Assembly: GCA_016748015.1 (NCBI GenBank)
Contig: JAAOMT010000366.1
Span: 66,334 to 130,333, forward strand
Source: Geosiphon pyriformis uo1
Lineage: Eukaryota > Fungi > Glomeromycota
Length of the DNA: 64,000 nucleotides
Direction: 5' to 3'
Shown: one piece after another, positions 52,730-64,000 of the stretch
Layout: every line of letters starts with the position of its first letter
Numbering within the stretch: position 1 is the first letter of the stretch
Position numbers and translations under genes: made by a program
The notes under the pieces: model-generated
Told to the model about the DNA's origin: nothing
The model's database searches: none
The model's input: only the letters and a program-made list of their open reading frames with translations

Positions 52730-53850
52730 TAATTTACTTTTATTGTTTATTATATAATTATTATTATAAAGCAGTAAATTGCTTATTTTTTTTAACTTGG
52801 TTTTTATGTTTAAAAATTGTTTATTATATATTAAAAATTTGTTTAAAAACAAATTTACAAATATTTAATATTTTTAATTAAAATTTTTAGTCTTTGTGTA
52901 AAATTATTATTTATAAAACCATAAATAGTTTTTTTTGTTGACTTTTTTTTGGCTATACAACTACTTATAACAGTAATTAATTTTAAAACAAAAAAGTTTG
53001 TATTTTATAAAATAGTAAAAAATAAAACAAAATAAAAAACAAAAAACTTTTTTTTAAAATATTGTTTTTTAAGAAATTTAGAATAAAAAAAAAGAAGTTT
53101 TTAGTATTATTATAAATTTAAAAATTTCAATTACTTTGTTTTTAATTGTAAAGTTTTTTTTTAAATTTTTTGTTGTATTTAATTATTTATTAATTTAAAG
53201 TCTTATGTTAAAGTTGTTTTTTATCAAATCTAATTTAATTTTTTTTAAAAGCTTTGACAATATAAAATATAAATTAAAATTACTTTTTTGGAATTTAAGT
53301 TATTAAATTTATTAGATTTAACTAAATTTATAATAATAAAAATTGATTTTTTGGTAAATTCAAATTTTTTTTTTGTAATTACCCAAGTTAATTCTGTTAT
53401 AAACAGTAAAAATTATTTTGTTTTTTTAAAAACTCAGATTAAATATATTGTTAATATAATTACTTTTGTATTAAAAGTTTCAGCCAGTTCAAAATAAAAC
53501 ATAAAGCTTAAATTATAAATTTAAAAGATTTAAATTAATAATTAATAATTATAAAAGATATATATTATATTAAAAAATAAATAAGTATTTATTAACTTTA
53601 ATTCAAGTAGTTAATCATATATAATAATACATAAATTATACTTATAGTTTAACTTTTTTGAAATTTACAATATAAGTTTTAATAGAATTATACTTAGTTA
53701 AAACATAATAATAAAAAATAAAAACAAAATAAGATTCAATTATTATTTACAAATATAAATTTTTGTTATTAGACAATTAAAAATAAATTTAATTACAAAT
53801 AAATTTTAATTTTATTATAAATTATATGACTATTTTTTTATTTATTTGTT
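48950..53850. repeat. Extremely AT-rich, CpG-poor eroded repeat block
   Basis: About 5 kb with very few G/C and almost no CG dinucleotides, with fairly sharp edges. No credible ORF. Confidence 0.55.
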
Positions 53851-55462
53851 TAACGAGTTAAGCCCAATTACTATCTAATATATCTAATTTAGAATACTTG
53901 GCTGTGGTATTGTGGCTCACACTTTTTTTACATGTGACCAATCACTCGGGATTTTTTTAAAATAATATAAATTTAAATAATATAAATAAAATATAATTAA
54001 ATACCAAATTTAAAAAAATTCTTTAAAAAATATTTTACTTAAAATAAATAAATTATTTTAAATTAAAATTAAAATTGTAAAATTTAATTAATAAATCATT
54101 TTTATTATTTAGTTTATATTTTTATATCTTTATTATATACATATATAACATTAGCTTAATTTAAGCAAAACATCATAATTGAATTTGTTTTTTTCAACAA
54201 AAATTGCATATATAAAATATTTGAAAGTTATAAAAGATTAATTTTCAAAAACAGTTATTTAATTTATATAAAATATATTAATTAGTTAAAAATACAATAA
54301 AATAAGTTGTAATTTTATTTAAAATAAATTTTTGTTGTTCAACTTTTCAATTTATGAAAAATATTTTGTTTAAATTTAATATCAATTTATTTGTAAAATA
54401 TTTTATATATTTAATTTAATAATATTAAAATATAAATTGGTTGGAATTAGTTTTAATGCATAAAAATATAATTAATTAATTTATGTATTGTCAAGTAAAA
54501 ATAATAATAATAATACATAATACATATTTTAGATGGGTAAAATCAGGGTAAAATAAAAATCAAAAATAACCCGTTCAAAAATTCAAAACTTAATTAAATG
54601 ATAAAACTAGCAAATGCCTTTGTGAATAAAAACAAATAAATACACTTTAAATTTTTTAAAAATTAAATCATGTTATTCTATCCTATAAATGAGGACAGAC
54701 TATGTAAAACACAAAACATAAATTAGCTCAAAAAAATGATCAAAATATTTTAAAATCAAGAGAAATTTACAGACGCGAAATTTTCTACTCATAAAATTTG
54801 GAAACTCGTTAACTCGTTATAAAAAAATTCAATTACTAAAACAAATTTTGTTAAGACTAAATTGATTGAACTGAACCCATGTTCACATTTTAGGCCAGCA
54901 TGAAACGAGGAAAACTTTCATATCAAGTCACCTGATATAAGGTATGACGAATATCCGGAAGAAGTCAAAAATTTTCCGATAGCATTTATAATATTTATCC
55001 TCCACACATACTAATCTACAAATAGCAGGTTTCAAACACCGGATATATGAATGGGATTACCGGTGCATTTTTATCTTTTTTGTTTAATTGAACCCAAATA
55101 TCATAGTCAAGACAGGTCGTGTGGAGCTTCCTCAAATGTGATGGAAAAATTTTTGATTATTCATTTTTAACTGATACAAGATACCATAATACAGAAATGA
55201 CAATTTTCCAATTTTGAGATTTTGTCAAAATTTTTGAAGCAAATTAGTATTTTTGCTATTTTATGATCCAGTTTTAAATGTCCATTTTCATAAGCTAAAG
55301 ATAATAATGTTAAATGCAAACAAAAAACAAGAAACTGAAAATAACCCTGATGCATCTCTAGATAATCCCAACTGATGTCGGAACTTTAAAGCCTCTATCC
55401 ATCAATAATCTTAGCACCACTCCATTTTTGATGAACAACGTATCTTTAATACTTTATCATTT

Positions 55463-56418
55463 CTAAACACCATATGAATCTTCCCCGAATATATTTTCTT
55501 CTTGCAATCCAGGCAACTTCATGATGGAAGCGGCTGTATCATAGTTGTCAGCCATCCACCATGGGACCTCACCATCCAAATAAATAAATCTATTGGCTGC
55601 CATATCTTGTAATTGATCATACCCCCAATATTGAAATGCTCTCGAGTAGTAGCATTGTGCAAGAGTTATTGTTGAAGCTTTTTGTTCATTAGGAAATTTA
55701 GACTTTGGATCTAAAACCTCTGGTAAAGGGTTTGTCAACTCTTTCCGATCAATTACGATTCTAGCCGAATCTGGGACAAAATCCTGATCAATAATCATCG
55801 GCTCAAGTACAGGATAAAAAGATTGATTGGAACCTGGTTGTTCCTTTAGATCTTGTTGGTGCAAAGGTGGTGATGATATTCTATATGGTACAATAGGTGA
55901 TGAAAGTGTTTCAGTTTCCGGTCGAGGTGTCAAAATTTCCCGAATAGAGTTATTTTCGCTCTCATTGATATCAATTTGAGAAAGGGATGGGGATAATTCT
56001 GAGATGGCAGCTGGCGTTGCTACAGATTTTTCTTCAAATTTTAATTCTTGAGCAGTTTCTAATCCCGTATTTGAAACCTCAATTAGTTTTGGCGTTGAAA
56101 GTTCAGAGCCTGAAGCAGTAGATGTCTGTTCTTCATCTTCTGGTTCTTGTTGTTGTATTACTTGATGGACCTTTTGCTCATGGTCTTGTCGCGACAAAAA
56201 TTCCTGGTCATACTGGTTCAGCCGTTCAACCAATATCATCTTTTTCCCATTCGTAGCTAAACCACGCTCTTAATATTAAAGAAACACCAAGTCTTACTCT
56301 CGCCTCATTTATTTTGGAGGGAAGAGAAAAACCTCAAAGTCAAGAACCAGCTCCCCACACTCATACCTTGACAAAGGCTTTTAAGTTCCTTGATACTCCG
56401 ATTAGAATAAGTGGTCAT
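55463..56418 (-). CDS. SAP-domain protein, ~285 aa
   Basis: Exon 1 (56418-56367) and exon 2 (56268-55463) splice G|GT..AG|AG to give MTTYSNRSIKELKSLCQERGLATNGKKMILVERLNQYD, a canonical SAP motif. An acidic Ser/Pro linker and a ~70-aa aromatic-rich C-terminal region follow. Confidence 0.88.
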
Positions 56419-58889
56419 TTTACAAACTGTAAGTATTATACCAAAACTAAGAAGCGAAAGAGAAAGGAAAGAAAGAATCAAACAAACTTGACGCGCGAAA
56501 ATAAGAAATTTTACTAACAACAAACAAAATAAAAACCTTATTTATATTGTGTAGTATTGGAGTGATGTCCGGCTGACATGTTTGGTGATAAACAAGTGTG
56601 ACAATAAATTGAGCATCTACATTATCAAATGTTACCAACCTTTTTCCTTTTATGGTAATTACAATGTTATACCGACACCTCATCGGACACCGTTACGTAA
56701 TACTAAATAGCCACAATAAATGATTCTGGAAAATTGCCAACTAAATCAACCGATAAACAAGTCTTCTAGTAATCTTAAATCTTCGATTCTCACGATGCAT
56801 GTCGCATCTTGTTTAATTCCTTTTTCTAGTATTTTCGCTTGTGAAATGAGCATGGCCCGTGAAATACTACGTCATTTTTACTCGGGAAAATATTAAACCC
56901 TAATTTTTTAATCAAATAGGATGAAACGATAACCCAGGGGTATTCATTTATGGTCTTTTGAACCGTAGAATTCGAAATGATGAACGAAACACACCATCAT
57001 ACTTATATATCCCTGCATGAGAACAATCACTGATATTTATTGCCGGCAGGGGTTCAATGACTGCGTGATTTTCAGTACACTTACTCTTAAAAAAACTACA
57101 ATTAATAAAAATTGGAAACAATATTTTAGCTTGAAAAATTATTTTAATACATAATTTAAGATAGAATATTGAATTTTTTTATTGTTTATATTCTAAGAGG
57201 TTTAAGAATTATTTACAAAAGAAAAAAGCACAAAAATATTCTTATAATAATAAATAAAAATATTTTCTTAAAATATAAAATCAAGGCTTTTTATTTATTA
57301 ATTTTTAAACATTTTAGTTTGCAAAAAATATTTTCACTAAATACCAATGTTTTTTTTTTTTTTTTTTAAATAAAAAAAATTGCTTGAATTTATGAGAATA
57401 AAAATTAAAAATTAAAAAAACATTCAAAAATATTCATAATAACAAATGAGTTTTGTTAATAATTTGAATAAATTAATTACTTGTGTATTTTATTTAATTG
57501 TTATTTTTTAAATATTTGGGTAAACTTAAAATTTTGTATTTATCAAAAATTATAATTAATAAAAAATGTAATTTTCTTAATCAAAATATTGAAAACTAGT
57601 TATACAATATATATTTTTTTATTAAGAAAATACAATTTTAAAATAAAAAATATAGTTTTTAAATTGAAATATTAAAAAAAATATTATTTATTATTATTAT
57701 TATTATTATTATGATTATTATTATTATTATGATTATTTAAGATTATGCGAGTGTAGTCCAATTATTTTTAAAAAGTTTAAATCAAAATTTTATATACGTA
57801 TAAACATGATTATTTTATTTTATTTAAATTAATTTGATTAATTAATATTAAAATTATTTTAAATTTTATTTATTGTAGAATTTATAATTTAATATTAAAA
57901 ATCAAAAAATCAAATAAAATTTGAAAGAAAGATTAAATTTTTTAACTTTAAATCTAAAATAATTTTTGATAATTTGTAATAATTAAAAAATTAATGAATA
58001 TATTATTAGTTTAAGAAATTGAATATTTTTATTTTTATCAAATCGTATAATGTATAATGTATAATTTAAAAAATTAACATAATATCAAAAAACCCAAATT
58101 AATTAAATATAATAAATTTTTTTTTTTAAATTTACATATTATTTGTAAATTATTTTAAATATAAATATATAATATAATTTTCACAAAAGTTAAAAATAAT
58201 TAATTATTTTAATATTTGGTAAATATTTAATAAATTAATAAAAATTAGGTTTATAATAAAGATAATAATTTAATTTTTTTACTATTTTTTCTTGCAATTG
58301 ATTTGATTATAAATAAATATATTTTATATAAAATTATAAAAATTTTTATTTTTTAAAAGTAAATAATATTAATTTTTGTTTTTTTAAGATTGTTTATCAA
58401 GATATTTTTATTTTGTTATAATAAATGATATTTTTTTAACTATTTTATATCATTTTTTATGCATTTTAAACTAATTATTTTCTAATTAATTAATATTGTT
58501 TTTTTTACTCAATTATTTTTAAATAATTAATTTATATTAAAAAATTCAGTAATTGCATTAATATCATTCTAACTTTTATTAGTTATTTTTAGAGTTATTT
58601 TTATCTAAAGCTTGATAAATTTATTTTCATTTTGTTACCCAGGTAGCTGGTCACGTGTAGACAAAGCATGAGCTTCGTCTATCATAATTGTTGTTAATTT
58701 TGTGCGTTTCTTCGAACCGTACTTTGATTTCGGCTGCTGTAACGAAATGATTTGCGTGAACCATTTGCCGATCTTGGCGACGTTTAAAAGTTTACGGTAG
58801 ATGAATATCGGGCTTTTTTTAGATAGAGGTGGGTAACACAACATATTTTGCGAATAGCGTTAGGGCCATTACTTTCTGCCGGAATTTCA

Positions 58890-60900
58890 AAAGTTTTAGT
58901 TAGTGGATTTAGGTAAAATTTCTGGTTTGGTCATACCGAGATATGCACATGAATTTTGTTTCAAAAAACTCCCTAATATTTTAACATAGAATTCACGGAA
59001 TTTTGCCTGACTACTCTTATTGCGAAAGGTGGCTATAGTGATATTTCATATTGTACTTAGGAATCAAAAGGCATTAATGTTGTTTTTTAAGAAACTTTTC
59101 AGGAAGCTGATTACACAAAGAGGAAAAAGATATTTCAAACGGGAGGTATTAGTTGGAATTTTTTTTTAATCTTTCTAACATAAGATATTATTTGAAATAT
59201 CTGAATAATTTTCTATCAAGATGAAAATTTTACACGATTTAGGTAATAAAGAAAACTCAAATATCACTCAAATTTTCAGTTTGACACAAATTTTGAAACC
59301 AGATTTCTCTTATACTAATTTTTGTCAATTTCGCAAAATAGAGAAGATTAAATTATGCCTTATTTCAGGTCTATATTCTTGTATTACAATACACAAATGG
59401 AAGTACACTTTGAGACTATTTAAAGAATCATTTTTAATTGCTTGAAATTAGTAAGAAAATTGAGCTAGCAAAAAACATGGTCAATGGTCAATGCTATAAC
59501 ATATTTGCATGAGAACAAGATATTGCATAGGAATTTAGTGAGTTACTTTATTTAAAACTGAAAATCTTTGAAGTTAATCAATTATAGATTTATAATCTTT
59601 TTTTCATAATTAAGCATACTCATATATAATGAGAAGCGATTTTAGCGGATTTTGGGCTATCAAAATCAGAAAATGATACAATTTCATCATAATATGGTTT
59701 GGGGTTAGTTCCTTATACAGACCCAGTTAGCTTTGAAGAGCATACCGCAACATCTGATATCTATTCGTTAGGTGTTTTGCTATGAGAAATTGCAAGCAGC
59801 TATCCACTGACTTAGAACCGTTCGAGAGATCCCACATTAGCTAATGAAATTTTTAAATGGGACAAGAGAATGTTGCGTAGAAATTTTCAGAAGTGAAGTA
59901 GGGGGATCGCCTTCTCATCTATTGAATATCTCATATGTTCAACTTTATGAAAAATTCTGGTCAGATCTCATAAAAGGTAGACTTGATTTGATTTTATATT
60001 CCAAACTTTTTTTTTCAGTATGAATTCATATTTATTCAATTAATATAATAATAGAACGTCCAATGATTATTGATGTTCAATAAAAATTTTTAGAAAATTA
60101 CTAAGTTTCCAGAGGTGTATATTGCTAGCAAACAAGATGACATACAGTCGTAACCTGATTCATATGTCCTGTATCATAATGAGCAAGGAGTGAAACAATT
60201 GAATTGGGAAATTAAGAGGTTGTATCGGGTTGCTGCCGAACAAAGTGATGCAATTTTGCAAATCAACCTGGGTAATATGTATTTGAATGGTTGAGGAGCG
60301 AAACGATCTGAAGAGAAAGCTGTGAAATGATATCGAGCTGCTGCTGAACAAAGTTATGCAGTAGTGCAAGAAAATCTAGATGATTTGTATTTGAATGGCA
60401 ATGGAATTGAGCAATCGAATGAGGAAGCTTTGAAGTGGTATTGGGCTGCTGCCGAACAAGGTTGTGAAGAAGCGCAAACCAAACTGGGTGATATGTATTT
60501 GTATGACCGAGGAATTAAGCAATCAAATAAAGAAGCTGTGAAATGGTATCGGGATGCTGCTGAAAAGGGTCATAGAATGTCACAAGAAAAACTGGCTTAT
60601 AGTTATAGATATTGGGAAGGAATTAAGCAATCAGATGAAGAAGCTGTGAAATGCTGCCGAACAAGGTTTTGAAGAAGCGCAAATCAATTTGGATAATATG
60701 TGTTCGAATAGCCAAAGAGTTTGGCATTCATATGAGGAAGCTGTGGAGTAGTATCTGAACAAGAATATGCAGAAGCACAATAAAAAATTTTGGTGAAATT
60801 TAGTGGGAGCTCAGCAATCGAATGAGAAAGCTGTGAAGTGGTATCGGGCTGCAGCTAAACAAGTTTATTCATTTTGCACAATATAATTTTGATAAAATAT
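58890..60900 (+). pseudogene. Heavily decayed kinase-SEL1 gene of a different subfamily
   Basis: Kinase remnants DF/GLSK (~59648), GLVPYTDP and SDIYSLGVLL*EIAS, followed by ~6 SEL1 units of type 'EAVKWYRAAAEQGxxxAQxNLGxMYxNGxGIxQS' with many stops and frameshifts. 5' boundary approximate. Confidence 0.85.
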
Positions 60901-62899
60901 ATTATAGAATGATGAGTCTCTTTCCGTAAAGTTTCACAATTGAATCTTTATAATTTTTCTAGCGACAGATATCAATTATGAAAATATAAGCAAAATGAAC
61001 AGCGGTTTATCAAGTATTACTTCTTGATTTTTGATTTCAAAATTTAAATCTTTATTCATCAATAAATATTTATTTTTCTAGACAATACTATTGTTATGGT
61101 CAGATGTAACACGCTAACAGATAGCAAGGGAGAACAGTATTGTATGGTGATAAAAATAATCAAAAGGTAATTCAATTTTAATGAGCGAATTGAATTAGTA
61201 GGGATTCAATTTGCGAGATCAGTCTGATAAATATCTCAGTCACTATTCTTTCCAAAAGGTAACAAGGGAATCTGAAGGTAGAGGGATAGTCCATACTGTC
61301 AACGAAAAAATAACACACTAGTATAATTCTATGCTTCATGTCAGCACTCTTAGAGTTCAATAACAGGTATCAGTTGTACATTTCAATAAATATTTATTCA
61401 ATATACTTTACCTCACAAAACTAACAATTATACAAATCAAGAAAAGAAAAGAAAAAGGAAAAGAAATATTGAAAAGGAAATAAAGAAGTTAATATTTTTG
61501 TATTAATCTTTGTTTGGAACTCTAGTCTGAATTCAATGATATTTTACAGGTTTGTAAAGTCTTGTTTTTATACTCTCGAAAAGGGATCAATAATCAGGTT
61601 AGTGATCACATCAATGATTCGGTCAAGTTATTGAAAAAATTAAAAGTTTTCGATAATAGCTTTTTTAATGGTTTTGACTTTAATATCCAGTTAACGATTG
61701 TTTTTTCTAAATGGATTAAGAGTTGTTAGGTTAAGAATTACTTTTTTAAATTTACTTAGTCGTCAAGTTTATATATATAATAGCAATATCACATAGTTTT
61801 ATAAGTTATTATTGTAAAATTTTTTATCAGAAATTTAATTATTTAATCCCAATTTAATGCAAAAAAAATATTTTATAGAGTCAAACTAATTTTTTAAGAA
61901 TTTGAAAGAAATCTAAATAATATAATTTATATATTTCTTTTAAAAAAAAATATTTATTATTTATTATTATGTACAGGGTTATACTATCAATGGAATGAAT
62001 TTACCAAAAACTATGTTAAATCATCATTTCCGATTTCCGATTTCCGATTTCATATTTACATTTTTATCTCTAATTTATGTTTAAATTTAATTGGATAACA
62101 ACTCGAAATGGTGACAAAATTCATATTTTTAAGAGCCTAACTAAAGTAGATATGAAATTTGGTTAGAAATTGATGAGTTCAGATTTTTCAATTTTAAACG
62201 CTTGAGTGGGTAGCTTACTTTCGAAATTCGATTAATCACTTTAGATAATAAAAATTTTTAGGAAATGACAATAAAATGAATTAGCGAAAAAAAAAAAAGG
62301 AAAAAAACATCTCTTTGTGATAGGAGAGTCTTAATAAGAAACAGGAACAAAATTCTTATCTGTTCTATTATTAGGGGTTTCTCATATTTAAATGTTTTAA
62401 TAATCTTAAAAAGGGGAACAAGTGGTTCAATACATTAATTAGTTTCTTTCTTTAATTTCTTGGAAATTCCTTTTAATATTATAATAATTCGCGATTAATA
62501 GAATATGAAGTTTTTTAAGAATAAACTTAAACTTAAAGTTTCCTACTCGTGATTAAGATAAAAGTTAATTATATGAAACATTTTTATTTATCAATTGAAA
62601 TTATCCAATCCCTTTATTAAATCATCAGGCGTTTTGACTATATGAAATAAGTTATTCATCCAGTAATAGTTTACAAGAACACAGAAAATTTATTGAAATT
62701 CAGAGTAGAAAAAAATTAGAAATTTCTGCTCAACATATCGTAGTTAACCTTAGGGGCAAAAGAATCAATGCAATTTTTTTTTCAGGTTTTTTCGATTTTT
62801 CTCAAAAAATCTTCAACATCTAATTTCTGAACAGCGATTTTAGAAAGAAAGAAATAATTTGAAATTTTAATTGGGTACAAGTTTTTAAAAAAATCAACT

Positions 62900-63560
62900 T
62901 TGAAACTTTTGTTTACCGTCTTTAATAAGTTCTTTTACTTTTTCACTCAATTGAATAAAAGCTTTACTGAGCTCGAGAAGAGTTCCGGAATTACAAGTAT
63001 AAATGAAAATTTTGATAAACCAGTCTTTACTGATTTGTATATAAAGAATCTCCAAAAAATATTATTATTCTTTGATTCTTTTCAATCATCTAACTTAATG
63101 TTGGCCATTGAAATCATTCCTCAATTTTTGGCAAAAACATTGAGTGACAAGGATGAATGATAGAGAAATGTCCAATTTTGATTGGATATAGGTTCCTGAA
63201 AGACTGATATCACCAACTTTATCCTTAAATTCATTTGTTACAATTTCAATGAGAATTTGTCTCTAAAAAATCTATCTTATAACCGAGTGCTCTATAAGGG
63301 GTCTGACCATTGGATAATACAGCCTTCTCTTTACCAACGAAGCAAGTATCCAGATCGAATAATCGAATTCCTAATAATTTATTAATTGTGGATATACATG
63401 TATATAATTTTTTAGTAATATTAAAAAAAGAAATGAATAACTTACCAAAATTCAATTGGGTAGCAACATTTTGGCTAAAATTATTGTTAAAAAGGCCAGT
63501 TATGGGGAATACTTTCACATGTATTTTGGATATATCGCATACCGTTGAACTTAACCTACA
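62900..63560 (-). pseudogene. PI-PLC X-domain-like (PLC-like phosphodiesterase) pseudogene
   Basis: 'SQNVATQLNFG|intron|IRLFDLDTC' matches the QLxxGIRxFDL motif. 'QWPTLS*MIEKNQRIIIF' matches the WPTLxxMIxxNxRLVVF motif of this family. In-frame stops are present; boundaries approximate. Confidence 0.7.
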
Positions 63561-64000
63561 TATTTCTCCATTGAAAATTAATTCAAAGTTTATTTTTGAT
63601 TGTACTTTAGTTTCTTTTATTTTAAGAAAATATAAATTAAATACATTGTATAACTTTTTATTATATCATAAAAATGTTTTATTGAAAAAAAAGATTGGAA
63701 ATTTTAACTTTAAAATTTATATGTATTATTATTATTATTATTATTATTATTTAATTATTAATCTATAATATTTCGTAAATCATTATATTAGAATTGAAGC
63801 GCCTTCTTATTTTAAAATATGTAGTTTCATTTCTTAAAACTTGATTTAATTTTTTATTTTATTCATTTGCACAAAAATTTCATTTTATTTAAGGAAATTT
63901 ACTAATTTAAAAAATGGAAACCAGAATTTAGACAGCATAGACTCCATGTCATCTTTTATTAATAGATTGCTATTTTTATATTGAGTGTTTCAAACCATCG

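Noticed and set aside
56978-57033. Possible C/D-box snoRNA (ATGATGA...CTGA)
   Set aside because: Only ~56 nt, weak terminal stem and no identifiable rRNA guide; such motifs occur often by chance.

Overview
Eukaryotic, very AT-rich, intron-containing DNA with one assembly gap (27745-27951). Gene content and style point to a Glomeromycotina/Mucoromycota fungus; this is an inference from the tyrosine-kinase-like (TKL) kinase/SEL1 expansion, short GT-AG introns and eroded repeats. Four apparently intact genes can be built by hand: (1) a TKL kinase with 8 SEL1 repeats ending in a polybasic CaaX-like tail (6873-9040, -); (2) a 9-exon, ~545-aa protein with a C-terminal PD-(D/E)xK-like nuclease fold, whose first intron holds a repeat-spacer mini-array (18897-21268, +); (3) a 5-exon TKL kinase with HRN in place of catalytic HRD (31835-33758, +); (4) a SAP-domain protein (55463-56418, -). 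Around them are four decayed kinase or kinase-SEL1 copies, one of them in a ~4-kb inverted duplication, and a PI-PLC-X-like pseudogene. Mobile DNA includes a full-length dead DD34E Tc1 element, Tc1 and hAT-like relics, and a heavily C/G-eroded LINE. A CpG-rich composite block carries a ~95-120-nt 28S rRNA fragment, from the R2/R4/R1 target region, between a 68-bp and a 40-bp tandem array.
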